Positions 53,443-62,604 are shown, counted from the first letter of the stretch. The stretch is DNA of 64,000 nucleotides from an uncultured Dehalococcoidia bacterium (GCA_958295525.1 OY282355.1:1784394-1848393), one strand, 5' to 3'. Translations and numbers: made by a program. The notes: generated from the sequence alone by a model not told the origin.

Positions 53443-53871
53443 CTAGCCTTTGCGCCAGAGGCGCAGGCCCGTTGCGACGGCGACCGGGGCGTAGATGGGC
53501 TGGAAGACCGCCCATACCTGAACATGCGCCTCCTGCGCCCACTCCCCTTCGCTGCCCGGATTGAACCCCCAGAGCCAGTTCCAGAAGAAGGAGATCGCGA
53601 GCCCCACCGCCGCGTAGAAGAGGACGTTCGCCTCCAGGTAGCGCCGCGTGACCGGGCCGTCATCCCCGCCCAAGTCGCGCCGCATCGCCATTTTGTCGTT
53701 CAGCGTTGCGATGATCATCGGAACGAAAGCGGCGGCCATGAGCCAGTTCCACGCTACCCAGAGGGGATACTCCGGCGCGCCGTCGTGGTAGATGACGGTG
53801 GCGATGAAGTGGAGGCCGGTCAGCGCTCCGACGGCGACGACATACGCGGCGATGAGGCGGACGAGGCTCAT
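53443..53871 (-). CDS. Hypothetical 4-TM membrane protein
   Basis: Hydrophobic segments (LIAAYVVAVGALTGL, LMAAAFVPMIIA, VLFYAAVGLAISFFW). GAGGAG RBS is 5 nt upstream of the ATG. Confidence 0.5.
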   Translation of the reverse strand: MSLVRLIAAYVVAVGALTGLHFIATVIYHDGAPEYPLWVAWNWLMAAAFVPMIIATLNDKMAMRRDLGGDDGPVTRRYLEANVLFYAAVGLAISFFWNWLWGFNPGSEGEWAQEAHVQVWAVFQPIYAPVAVATGLRLWRKG

Positions 53872-53915
53872 TTCGCTCCTCTTGGATGGTCTAGGCTATC
53901 GGGGATGGCGGTTGT

Positions 53916-53990
53916 TGGTGGCAACGACAGGATTCGAACCTGTGGCCTAGCGCTTATGAAGCGCCCGCTCTGCCGCTGAGCTACGTTGCC
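53916..53990 (-). tRNA. tRNA with CAT anticodon (elongator Met or lysidine-modified Ile2; not initiator-like)
   Basis: Manual fold: GGCAACG / CGTTGCC-A-CCA acceptor, D stem GCTC/GAGC, anticodon stem GGCGC/GCGCT with loop TTCATAA, T arm ACAGG-TTCGAAT-CCTGT. It lacks the three consecutive G-C pairs of an initiator anticodon stem. Confidence 0.85.
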
Positions 53991-54072
53991 CCCGGCGCGC
54001 GGGGAGCCAGCCGCTCCACCCGCCACGCAACATCCATAGGATACGCCAATTCCTGCTCCGCCGTCTACTCCG

Positions 54073-55368
54073 TCACGCCGCCGGCGCCCGTGCGGAGCGC
54101 GGCCCGCCGATGGGCGGCAGAAAGAGCGAGGCGAACGCCGCCAGCAGCGCGATGACCGTCGCGTAGGGGAAAATGAGACGGTAGTTGTCCGCCATCCCGG
54201 GCGGCGACGCCCAAGCGATGATCGCGCCCAGCAAAAGCGGCGAGAACGCTCCGAACAGCGCGTTGTTGCCCCACAGAAGGCCGATCATGCTCCCCTCGAT
54301 CCGCCGCCCCTCCGCGATGTCGAGCGATGCCGCCTGCGCGAGGTTCGCCCCCGCGAAGCGCACGATTCCCAGCAGCCCGATGAGGCCGAGGAAGAGCGGC
54401 CCCAGTTGGCCGACGAACGAGAGCGCGGCGGTGACCACGGCGGAGAAGAAGAGCACGCCCACCAGCACCGGCTTGCGGCCCACCTTGTCCGAGAACGCTC
54501 CGATGAGCGGAGAGACGACGATGGACGTTCCGACCATCAACGCCAAGTGCGGCGCGACGACCCCCGCGATGCGGGCGTCGCTGGGGTCGGCCTCCGTTTG
54601 ACGCAGGAACTGCGCGATGAGAATCGGCAGGAAGAAAATGACGGCGCGGTCGGCCATGCCCCGCAGGCCGGAGACGGCGAGCAGAACGGGCAAGACGCGG
54701 TTCGAGAAAAGCCCGCCGATGCTCTTGAACTGCGCTTCCGCGCTCCGCTGAACGACCCGCCGGCGGGGAAGCCCCAACCGCGCGAGCGTCACCAGCAGGG
54801 CGGCCGCGACGATTGCGATGAGAAAGAAGCCGCCGAGAAGCACGCCGCGCCAAGTCGTGTAGACGAGCGCGCCCGCGACGATGAACGGCGTGAACACCTC
54901 GCCGAGGCTGCCCGACGAGCGGTGCAGCGACATCATAAGCGCGCGGCTGCGCGGGAAGGTGTAAGAGAGAATGCCCAGCCCCACCGGATGCCAGAACGAA
55001 CCGGCGGCGGAGCCCAGCGAGACGCCGAGAATCAGCACGGCGGTGTTCGGCGCGGCGCCGGCGATCAGATAGGCGAGCGCCATCGTGAACAGGCTTCCTG
55101 CGAGAAGAATGCCCCGGTTGCCGGAGAAGAGGTCGACCAAGAAGCCGCCGCCCATGCTCAGCGCGCCGCCCGCAGCTTGCCGCGACGCCGAGAGCAAGCC
55201 CAGCGCGACCGGCCCCAACGAGAAAACGTCCTGAATGATCGGCAGCAGCACGAGGAACCCGTCCGCGTACATATGCTGAAAGCCGTGCCCGGTGATGATC
55301 GTTCCGGCCACGCGCTTCGGCTTCCGGACAATGACCTCCGGCGCGGAGACTGCTGTTGCGGTCGTCAT
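54073..55368 (-). CDS. MFS transporter
   Basis: 12-TM pattern, FSDKVGRKP loop motif, GAAGGAG RBS. Confidence 0.8.
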   Translation of the reverse strand: MTTATAVSAPEVIVRKPKRVAGTIITGHGFQHMYADGFLVLLPIIQDVFSLGPVALGLLSASRQAAGGALSMGGGFLVDLFSGNRGILLAGSLFTMALAYLIAGAAPNTAVLILGVSLGSAAGSFWHPVGLGILSYTFPRSRALMMSLHRSSGSLGEVFTPFIVAGALVYTTWRGVLLGGFFLIAIVAAALLVTLARLGLPRRRVVQRSAEAQFKSIGGLFSNRVLPVLLAVSGLRGMADRAVIFFLPILIAQFLRQTEADPSDARIAGVVAPHLALMVGTSIVVSPLIGAFSDKVGRKPVLVGVLFFSAVVTAALSFVGQLGPLFLGLIGLLGIVRFAGANLAQAASLDIAEGRRIEGSMIGLLWGNNALFGAFSPLLLGAIIAWASPPGMADNYRLIFPYATVIALLAAFASLFLPPIGGPRSARAPAA

Positions 55369-55608
55369 AGACGCTCCTTCGTAGCGGCGCGCCTATCCTA
55401 GCACGCTCTCGCTCCTTACTCTGGGAGGGCGCCCAACAAACGCGCATAGACAGGAAAATCGGCAGGCGGCGCGAAAGCGCCGCTCCACGCTCGCCTCGGC
55501 GAATCGTCCTGACCGCAAAAGCGGGAACCTGCTGGGGCATGGGAAGTTATGCGGAGGTCTCCGCCGGGGAGCGTTCCGCGCCGGATACCGCGGCGCAAGA
55601 GGCGAGGG

Positions 55609-56031
55609 CTAATCGCGTTCCCGCGAGCGGCGCCCCGCCTCGGCGGCCTCGCGCAGCGCGGAGACGAGCGCGTCGGAGCGCGCGCCGGGGCCGAACACTG
55701 CAACGACGCCCATCTCGAGGAGAGCGGCGCGGTCTTGCGGAGGGATGATGCCGCCTGCGGCGAGGGGGACGCGCTCGAGCCCCTCGCGCTGGAGCGCGTC
55801 TATGACGGCGGGGATGAGTTCCCTATGCGCGCCGGAGAGGATGCTCACGCCTACCGCGTCGGCTTGGAACTCGCGGGCTTGCCGCGCGATTTCGGCGGGC
55901 GTCTTGCGTATCCCCGTATAGGCGACTTCGAACCCGGCGTCCCGCAGAAGGCGGACGATGATGCGCGCGCCCCTGTCGTGGCCGTCGAGCCCAGGCTTGG
56001 CGATCAGCACGCGGAGAGGAGCGTCGGCCAT
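55609..56031 (-). CDS. Methylmalonyl-CoA mutase-type cobalamin-binding small subunit
   Basis: RVLIAKPGLDGHDRGARIIVRLLRDAGFEV..DAVGVSILSGAH is the B12-binding DxHxxG domain. Confidence 0.8.
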   Translation of the reverse strand: MADAPLRVLIAKPGLDGHDRGARIIVRLLRDAGFEVAYTGIRKTPAEIARQAREFQADAVGVSILSGAHRELIPAVIDALQREGLERVPLAAGGIIPPQDRAALLEMGVVAVFGPGARSDALVSALREAAEAGRRSRERD

Positions 56032-56034
56032 CGG

Positions 56035-56463
56035 TCAGCGCGCGTAGGGGGTTACGAACTCGAGCAGCGCGCCGTGCGTTTTGGCCGGATCCGTGAACGC
56101 GATGCGTCCCGAAAAGCCGCCGCGCGGGCCGGTGATGACGGGCACGCCAAGCGCCTCGAGTTCGCGGACTTTCACGTCCACGTCGTCCACCGTGAACGCC
56201 ATGTGGTGAATGCCCTCGCCGTGGCGCTCGAGAAACTTGGCGATGACGGAGTCCGGGCGCAAGGGTTCGAGCAGTTCGATATGCGTCTCGCCTTGCTCGA
56301 TGAAAGCGCCGCGCACGCCGTGCTCCTCGTTCACGAGAATGCGTCCGGCGTCCGGCGAATCCAGCAAGTCGTAGAACTGCCGGAGCGACTCCTCGATGCT
56401 GACGACGGCGAGGCCAATGTGATTGAGCGCGCCGACGCGCGTATTGCTGCTTGCGAGCGTCAT
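56035..56463 (-). CDS. Methylmalonyl-CoA epimerase (VOC/glyoxalase fold)
   Basis: LNHIGLAVVSIEES...IELLEP...GEGIHHMAFTVDDVD. Adjacent to the B12-binding mutase subunit. Confidence 0.8.
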   Translation of the reverse strand: MTLASSNTRVGALNHIGLAVVSIEESLRQFYDLLDSPDAGRILVNEEHGVRGAFIEQGETHIELLEPLRPDSVIAKFLERHGEGIHHMAFTVDDVDVKVRELEALGVPVITGPRGGFSGRIAFTDPAKTHGALLEFVTPYAR

Positions 56464-56716
56464 AGGGCAATCCTAACGCAATTTCGCGCCCCGCGCCGCC
56501 GCATGGCCGACCTTTGCGCCGGCGACTTGGCGGATGCAACGCCGGGCGGGCTGAGGCCGGCTCCCGCTCAACGGAGCGGTCGCGAGCGGTCTGCCATGAA
56601 CCTTTCGCCTCGCCCCGCGCCTTCTCTCGGTATGCAGTGAAGCGCGCAACGGGTGGCGGAGCGGGCGCGCTTGCCCTATCCTGAATCCATTACCTGCGCG
56701 AGAGGAGCCGCCCCCC

Positions 56717-57478
56717 ATGTCCGGTCACTCCAAGTGGTCAACGATCAAGCATAAGAAAGCCGCGCTGGACGCGAAGAAGGGCGCGCTCTTCACGAAACTC
56801 GCCCGCGACATCGCGGTCGCGGCGCGCGAGGGCGGCGGCGGCGACCCCGCGATGAACTTCCGCCTGCGCCTGATGATGGACAAGGCCCGCGCCGCCAATA
56901 TGCCCGCCGACAACGTCGACCGCGCCGTCAAGAAGGGACTCGGCGCAGGCGGCGACGGCGCGGCCTACGAGGAGATCGTCTACGAGGGCTACGCGCCCGG
57001 CGGCGCGGCGATTATGGCCAAAGCCCTCACCGACAACCGCAACCGCACCGCCTCCGCCGTCCGCGCCGCCTTCGCCCGAGGCGGCGGCAATCTCGGCGAG
57101 GCCGGCTCCGTCGCATGGATGTTCGAGAGCAAGGCCGTCGTCACAATCGAGCGTATCTCGGAGGAGCAGGCGGAGGAGGTCGCGCTCGCCGCAATAGACG
57201 CGGGCGCGGAAGACTTCAAGGTCGAGGACGGCGCGCTGGAGATCACCGGCGAGCCCGCCGCGCTGGAGGCGATCACCGGCGCCGTCAAGGAAGCCGGAGC
57301 CGAGCCCGCCCAGGCGACGGTGACGATGGCCCCCACCACAATTGTCGATTTGGACAGCCCGCGCGCGGGCCAAACCTTGCGCCTGCTGGACGTCATCGAG
57401 GACTTGGACGACATCCAGCAAGTGTTCACCAACGCCAACTTCACCGACGAGGCGCTCGAAAAGTACGGCGGCGAGTAG
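56717..57478 (+). CDS. yebC: YebC/PmpR family DNA-binding regulator
   Basis: MSGHSKWSTIKHKKAALDAKKGALFTKLARDI is an invariant family N-terminus. Confidence 0.9.
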   Translation: MSGHSKWSTIKHKKAALDAKKGALFTKLARDIAVAAREGGGGDPAMNFRLRLMMDKARAANMPADNVDRAVKKGLGAGGDGAAYEEIVYEGYAPGGAAIMAKALTDNRNRTASAVRAAFARGGGNLGEAGSVAWMFESKAVVTIERISEEQAEEVALAAIDAGAEDFKVEDGALEITGEPAALEAITGAVKEAGAEPAQATVTMAPTTIVDLDSPRAGQTLRLLDVIEDLDDIQQVFTNANFTDEALEKYGGE

Positions 57479-57534
57479 CGGTTGCAATCGGCTTTGTGGT
57501 AGGCTAGGGTTAGCAGGCGAGAGGAGGGTCCGAT

Positions 57535-57843
57535 ATGGTCGCCGTCGCACAGCCCTTTGCCCTGCCTTTGACCGACGAGGAGCGGGAATGGGCGGAGGCG
57601 TGGGAGTACGCCCAGACCCACACGATCGAGGAGATGCTCCACCGGGGCATCAGGGTGATCACCGCATCAGCCGAGTCTGGAGAGATTACGTCAGAGCAGG
57701 CCGACCGGTACCTGCGCGTCTTGATGAGCGAGTACGTAACCGTCATCGCCACCGAGCAGATCAACGGCTACCTGGAGCGGCAGTTCGGGCCGTGGATCTT
57801 GGGGCGGCCTGCCTTCAAGTCTAGGAGGGCGGCTCGTGCCTGA
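57535..57843 (+). CDS. Hypothetical small soluble protein (102 aa)
   Basis: Strong GAGGAGGG RBS. No recognised motif. AT-richer than the flanks by eye. Confidence 0.45.
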   Translation: MVAVAQPFALPLTDEEREWAEAWEYAQTHTIEEMLHRGIRVITASAESGEITSEQADRYLRVLMSEYVTVIATEQINGYLERQFGPWILGRPAFKSRRAARA

Positions 57844-58285
57844 AGACAACGAACCCCAACCTAGCGCCTCAGGTTCGGACGACGTTGCCCTTCGGGCCAA
57901 TAGCGGCGGAGCAGAATCTGAAAATGCTTCCGACCCCATCACGGGGGCGCTGAAGGATGCCCCTCTCCGCATACAACAGGAATTCAGTCAGTTTCTGGCT
58001 ATCGCCGGGCAGACCAGCAATCCTGTACGTGAGAAATTCAACGCGGAACACATCCACAAGGTGTTGGACTACCGCGAGGCAGGAAACCAGCGCGACCACC
58101 AGCAGGCGTACTCGACCCGCAGATTCGCTCTCGCATTCTTCTTCATCGCGCTCGTCGCCGTCGTTGGCGTCTTAGTGTTCCTCGTTTGGCAAGGCGAGCG
58201 CGAACTCGCAGGGCAGATCCTAGCCGGACTTGCGATCTTCGGGGGCGGCTTCGGCAGCGGCTACGGCTTGGGCAAACGCCGCTAG
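57836..58285 (+). CDS. Hypothetical membrane protein (149 aa, two C-terminal TM segments; DUF2335-like architecture)
   Basis: The GTG start overlaps the upstream stop by 8 nt and is preceded by AGGAGGG. TM segments: FALAFFFIALVAVVGVLVFLVW and ILAGLAIFGGGFGSGYGLG. Confidence 0.5.
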   Translation: MPEDNEPQPSASGSDDVALRANSGGAESENASDPITGALKDAPLRIQQEFSQFLAIAGQTSNPVREKFNAEHIHKVLDYREAGNQRDHQQAYSTRRFALAFFFIALVAVVGVLVFLVWQGERELAGQILAGLAIFGGGFGSGYGLGKRR

Positions 58286-58303
58286 CCGCCATCCTGTGCC
58301 CCA

Positions 58304-58804
58304 ATGCGAATCCTCGGCGTTGACCCCGGAGCCCAGACGATGGGCTATTGCATCCTCGACCTCGACGGCGACGCCCCGCAATGCCTCGACTGGGGCGCTC
58401 TCGACGGCGGACGCTCGAAGGAGATCGCCGTCCGCCTCGCCGTCCTCTTCGACGCGCTCCGCGCCGTCGCCGACCGCTGGCGGCCCGACGAACTCGCCGT
58501 AGAGGAGCCGTTCGTGGCCCCGGAGCGCGGCGCGAAATCCGCCGTCGCCGTCGGCCAAGCGCAAGCCGTCGCGCTGATCGTCGCGGCGCAAGCCGGCCTC
58601 CCCATCCGCCGCTACCCGCCCGCCAAAGTGAAAAGCGCCGTCGCCAACTACGGCGCGGGGACGAAGGCGCAAGTTCAGCGCTCCGTTCGCCTCATCCTCG
58701 GGCTCGGCGACGCCCCGATGTCCGAGGACGCATCCGACGCCGTCGCCGTCGCCCTTTGCCACGCCCAAACGCGCCGCGCCGAGGGAAGGATGGCCGTCCG
58801 ATGA
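58304..58804 (+). CDS. ruvC: Holliday junction resolvase RuvC
   Basis: MRILGVDPGAQTMGYCILD, AVEEPF and SEDASDAVAVALCH catalytic acidic residues. Confidence 0.9.
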   Translation: MRILGVDPGAQTMGYCILDLDGDAPQCLDWGALDGGRSKEIAVRLAVLFDALRAVADRWRPDELAVEEPFVAPERGAKSAVAVGQAQAVALIVAAQAGLPIRRYPPAKVKSAVANYGAGTKAQVQRSVRLILGLGDAPMSEDASDAVAVALCHAQTRRAEGRMAVR

Positions 58805-59421
58805 GCCTCGTCGCAGGCGTCGAGGGGACCCTCGAGGCGAAAGACGCGGACTCCGTGATCATCCGCGTGGGCGGCGGAATTCTGCTGCGCGTCTACGTCC
58901 CCGCCCACGAGATAAGCGCGTTGCCCGCCTCCGGCGCGCCCCTGCGCCTGCACACGCGCCTCATCGTCCGCGAGGACGACTGGCAACTCTACGGATTCCC
59001 CTCGGAGCAGGGGCGCCGCCTGTTCGAAATGCTGATCGGCGTCAGCCAGGTCGGGCCGAAGGCCGCGCTCGCCGTGCTCAGCGTCCTCCCGCCGGAAGAC
59101 CTCGCCGCCGCCATCGTCTCGAGCGACGCCGCCGCGATCAGCCGCGCCCCCGGCGTCGGCAAGCGCACCGCCGAGCGCGTCATCCTCGACCTCAAAGGCA
59201 AGTTGGAGGAAGAGATCGGCGCCCCCATCGCCGTGACGACCGGCGCGGCGGCCGCCGCGGGCGGAACCGGCGACCCCGCCCTCCAATGGCTTATGGCGCT
59301 CGGCTACTCCGTCCTCGAGGCGCGGCAAGCCCTCGCATCCGAGGACGGCGCCGCCGCCGACGCCGGCCTCTCCACCGAAGAGCGCGTCCGCAGCGCCTTG
59401 CAGCGCATGGGCGGGCGATGA
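58801..59421 (+). CDS. ruvA: Holliday junction DNA helicase subunit RuvA
   Basis: VAGVEGTLEAKDADSVIIRVGGGILLRVYVP, LYGF..E..LFE.LIGVSQVGPKAALAVLS and PGVGKRTAERVILDLK. The ATGA overlaps ruvC. Confidence 0.9.
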   Translation: MSLVAGVEGTLEAKDADSVIIRVGGGILLRVYVPAHEISALPASGAPLRLHTRLIVREDDWQLYGFPSEQGRRLFEMLIGVSQVGPKAALAVLSVLPPEDLAAAIVSSDAAAISRAPGVGKRTAERVILDLKGKLEEEIGAPIAVTTGAAAAAGGTGDPALQWLMALGYSVLEARQALASEDGAAADAGLSTEERVRSALQRMGGR

Positions 59422-59504
59422 GCGGGCGGCGCGCCTCTCGGCCATCGGCTGCTTTGCGGGTTGGCGTCCGCAGGCCCCGCGGATTGAGATAGCCTAAACT
59501 TCCT

Positions 59505-59612
59505 ATGCCTTACGAATTCGACTGGGCGGACATCCCCTACGTCGTCTACGCTGGCCTGACGCATAACCTTGCGTTCTCCAAGCGGCTGCGGACGGCGGCG
59601 GCGGATGCGTAA
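59505..59612 (+). pseudogene. Decayed 5-prime fragment of the downstream SAM-methyltransferase gene (35-codon ORF)
   Basis: atgccttacgaattc..gactgggcggacatc..gtctacgc..cctgacgcat..gcgttct aligns with 61760-61845 (MAYEFPYDDWADIYDAVYADLTHDLAF). The stop overlaps the EamA start. Confidence 0.5.
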
Positions 59613-60558
59613 GGGCGGCGGCGCTTTGGAGAAGCGCGCGCAAAGGCCAAGCCACTTCCGGGTGGGCGCTTGGTTGGGCGTCGGAGTAGCCGCCATCGCC
59701 CTCACGCCGGTCTTCGCCCGGTTCGCCGACACGCATCCGATCACGCTCTCCGCGCACCGTATGCTGATCGCGGCGGTGATTATGCTCGCGTTCGCCGGTC
59801 TGCGGGCGCCGAGGCAGTTCGCCGACATCCGCCGCAGAGACGTTCCGTTGCTCACGCTCGCCGGCTTCTTTCTGGCGGCGGCCTTCGGCTTCTGGATCAC
59901 CTCCCTCTCGGAAACGTCGGTGGCGAGTTCGGAACTCGCGCTCACGACGATCCCTCTCCTCGTGGCGGTGGGGGCGCATTACTTTCTGGGCGACAAGGTC
60001 GGGCGGCTCACCGTTCTGGCCGTGGCGATGAGCCTGTTCGCGGACGCCTTCATCGCGGCGGGCGATTGGACCGGATCGTGGAGCGCGCGGCGGATTCAGG
60101 GAGACCTTCACGCGCTGATAGGGGCGGTGGGCTTCGCGGGCTATCTCGTCGTTGGGAGGCGCGCCCGCGAGCGCGTTCACAGCCTTTCCTACGACGCCGT
60201 CGTTTTCTCGATCGCGGCGGCTTTCCTGCTTGCGTTCGCCGTTGCGTCCGGCGCGCCGCTGCTTGGCCTGTCGGCGGAGACCTACTTTTGGATTGGGATG
60301 ACGGCGATCATTCCGCAGGCGGTGGGGTATTCGATTATGAACTGGGCGCTGGGGCACTGGTCGTCCACGAACGTGGCGCTTGCCCAAGCCGCCGAGCCTC
60401 CGGCGGCGATCATCTTCGCGTTCATCGCGCTGGGCGAGACCCCGCGCTGGGCGACGGTTGTACCCGGCGGGGCGCTCGCCCTGTTCGCCGTCTACCTGGC
60501 CGTCAAGAGCAACGACGCGCCGTGGGACGACGAGGACGCGAGCGACCATCCGCACTAG
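59605..60558 (+). CDS. EamA/DMT-family transporter, copy 1
   Basis: 10-TM layout with two EamA-like halves (SAHRMLIAAVIMLAFAGL.., IIPQAVGYSIMNWALGHWSSTNVAL). Start set to the MRKGGG ATG at 59605. Confidence 0.8.
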   Translation: MRKGGGALEKRAQRPSHFRVGAWLGVGVAAIALTPVFARFADTHPITLSAHRMLIAAVIMLAFAGLRAPRQFADIRRRDVPLLTLAGFFLAAAFGFWITSLSETSVASSELALTTIPLLVAVGAHYFLGDKVGRLTVLAVAMSLFADAFIAAGDWTGSWSARRIQGDLHALIGAVGFAGYLVVGRRARERVHSLSYDAVVFSIAAAFLLAFAVASGAPLLGLSAETYFWIGMTAIIPQAVGYSIMNWALGHWSSTNVALAQAAEPPAAIIFAFIALGETPRWATVVPGGALALFAVYLAVKSNDAPWDDEDASDHPH

Positions 60559-60638
60559 CGCGTCGCCGCTTGACGGCGGGCTTATGGAGGGAGCGATGAG
60601 CGGCGCCGCGCCGGACGATTGAGATAGCCTAACTGCCT

Positions 60639-60731
60639 ATGGCTTACGGGTTCCCCTACGTCGTCTACGCTGGCCTGACGCATAACCTTGCGTGCTCCAA
60701 GCGGCTGCGGATGGCGGCGGAGGATGCGTAA
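60639..60731 (+). pseudogene. Second decayed 5-prime fragment of the SAM-methyltransferase gene (30-codon ORF)
   Basis: atggcttacgggttcccctacgtcgtctacgctggcctgacgcataaccttgcg. It carries a different internal deletion from the copy at 59505. Confidence 0.5.
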
Positions 60732-61677
60732 GGGCGGCGGCGCTTTGGAGAAGCGCGAGCAAAGGCCAAGCCACTTCCGGGTGGGCGCGTGGGTGGGCGT
60801 CGGAGTAACCGCCTTGGCCCTCACGCCGATCTTCGCCCGGCTCGCCGACACGCATCCGATCGCGATCTCCGCGCACCGCATGCTGATCGCGGCGGTGATT
60901 ATGCTCGCGTTCGCCGGTCTGCGGGCGCGGAGGCAGTTCGCCGACATCCGCCGGAAGGACGTTCCGTTGCTCGCGCTCGCCGGCTTCTTTCTGGCGATGT
61001 CCTTCGGCTTCTGGATCACCTCGCTCTCGGAAACGTCGGTGGCGAGTTCCGAACTCGCGCTCACGACAATCCCTCTTTTCGTGGCGGTGGGAGCGCATTA
61101 CTTTCTGGGCGACAAGGTCGGGCGGCTCACCGTTCTAGCCGTGGCGATGAGCCTGTTCGCGGACGCCTTCATCACGGCGGGCGATTGGACCGGATCGTGG
61201 AGCGCGCGGCGGATTCAAGGGGACATTCACGCGCTGATAGGGGCGGCAGGCTTCGCGGGCTATCTCGTCGTTGGGAGGCGCGCCCGCGAACGCATTCACA
61301 GCCTTTCCTACGACGCCGTCGTTTTCTCGATCGCGGGAGCGCTCCTGCTTGCGTTCGCCGTTGCGTCCGGCGCGCCGCTGCTCGGCTTGCCCGGGGAGAC
61401 CTACTTTTGGATTGGGATGGGAGCGATCATTCCGCAGGCGGTGGGGTATTCGATCATCAACTGGGCGCTGGGGCACTGGTCGTCCACGAACGTGGCGCTT
61501 GCCTTAGCCGCCCGGCCTACGATTGCGATCCTCTTCGCGTTCATCGCGCTGGGCGAGACCCCGCGCTGGGCGACGGTCATCCCCGGCGGGGCGCTCGCCC
61601 TGTTCGCCGTCTACCTAGCCGTCAAGAGCAACGACGCGCCGTGGGACGACGAGGACGCGAGCGACCATCCGCGCTAG
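60724..61677 (+). CDS. EamA/DMT-family transporter, copy 2
   Basis: Collinear and near-identical to copy 1, with scattered substitutions (e.g. FLAAAFGFW vs FLAMSFGFW). Confidence 0.8.
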   Translation: MRKGGGALEKREQRPSHFRVGAWVGVGVTALALTPIFARLADTHPIAISAHRMLIAAVIMLAFAGLRARRQFADIRRKDVPLLALAGFFLAMSFGFWITSLSETSVASSELALTTIPLFVAVGAHYFLGDKVGRLTVLAVAMSLFADAFITAGDWTGSWSARRIQGDIHALIGAAGFAGYLVVGRRARERIHSLSYDAVVFSIAGALLLAFAVASGAPLLGLPGETYFWIGMGAIIPQAVGYSIINWALGHWSSTNVALALAARPTIAILFAFIALGETPRWATVIPGGALALFAVYLAVKSNDAPWDDEDASDHPR

Positions 61678-61759
61678 CGTCGGCGCCGCTTGACGGCGGG
61701 CTTATGGAGGGAGCGATGAGCGGCGCCGCGCCGGACGATTTGAGGTAGCCTAACTGTCT

Positions 61760-62536
61760 ATGGCTTACGAATTCCCCTACGACGACTGGGCGGACATCTA
61801 CGACGCCGTCTACGCCGACCTGACGCATGACCTCGCGTTCTACGCGGGGCTGGCGCGGGAGAACGGCGGGCCCGCGCTCGAACTGGGCTGCGGCACGGGG
61901 CGCGTTAGCCTGGCGATGGCGGCGGAAGGCGCCGCCGTCACAGGCATAGACGTGTCGCCCCGGATGATCGCCGCCGCGCAGGCGAAAGCGGCGAATCGCG
62001 GCCTCGCCGAGCGGTGCGTCTTCCAAACGGGCGATATGGCGCATCTGCAACTCGCCGAGCGGTTCCCTCTCGCCGTGATGCCGTTCCGCTCCTTTCAGAG
62101 CATGCTCACGGTCGAGGAGCAGCGCGGCGCGCTCCTCAGCGCGAGGGGGCGGCTGACGCCCGGCGGAACGCTCGCGCTTGATACGTTCAACCCCGACGCG
62201 CGCTCGCTGGCCGACGACAATATGGCCTCGCAGCCGCACCACCTGCGCGACGTCGAGCGCGCCGGCGGCGGAACGATCATCGTCTGGGGACAGAACGGCT
62301 GGGACCCGGTGACGCAGATCAACGACGTCCGCCTCATCATCGAGGAGGTCAGCGACGAGGGCGTCGTGGAGCGGCGGCTCGTCCGCGACTTCGAGCAGCG
62401 CTACACCTTCCGCTACGAAATGGAGCACCTGCTCGAGTTGTGCGGCTTCGACTTGCAAGCCGTCTACGGCGGCTTCGACGGCGGCCCCGTAACCGAGGAC
62501 GCGGAAGACCTCGTGTGGGTGGCGCGGGCGGAGTAG
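61760..62536 (+). CDS. Class I SAM-dependent methyltransferase
   Basis: ALELGCGTGRVSLAMA (motif I), VTGIDVSPRMI (motif II) and LTPGGTLALD. Confidence 0.85.
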   Translation: MAYEFPYDDWADIYDAVYADLTHDLAFYAGLARENGGPALELGCGTGRVSLAMAAEGAAVTGIDVSPRMIAAAQAKAANRGLAERCVFQTGDMAHLQLAERFPLAVMPFRSFQSMLTVEEQRGALLSARGRLTPGGTLALDTFNPDARSLADDNMASQPHHLRDVERAGGGTIIVWGQNGWDPVTQINDVRLIIEEVSDEGVVERRLVRDFEQRYTFRYEMEHLLELCGFDLQAVYGGFDGGPVTEDAEDLVWVARAE

Positions 62537-62580
62537 CGGCGGCAATGGCCGAATTCCACGACCGCGGCCGCCCCTGTCCC

Positions 62581-62604
62581 GTCATTCCCGCGCAGGCGGG
62601 AATC
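62581..62604. repeat. Single palindromic repeat core
   Basis: gtcattcccgcgcaggcgggaatc read directly. Confidence 0.9.

Larger units (their letters stand above)
59483..61736 (+). repeat. Tandem duplication, two ~1.12-kb units (leader + methyltransferase 5-prime fragment + EamA gene); a third leader copy heads the intact methyltransferase
   Basis: gattgagatagcctaa starts at 59483 and 60617, with the variant gatttgaggtagcctaa at 61737. EamA ATGs at 59605 and 60724 are 1119 bp apart. The two ORFs are near-identical. Confidence 0.9.

Noticed and set aside
59391-59482. The ruvA 3-prime end as part of the EamA duplication unit (atgggcgggcgatgagcgg vs atggagggagcgatgagcgg at 60584-60612)
   Set aside because: Only about 11 contiguous identical nt in GC-rich sequence, which may be chance. 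The unit boundaries are therefore set at the clearly repeated gattgagatagcctaa leader.
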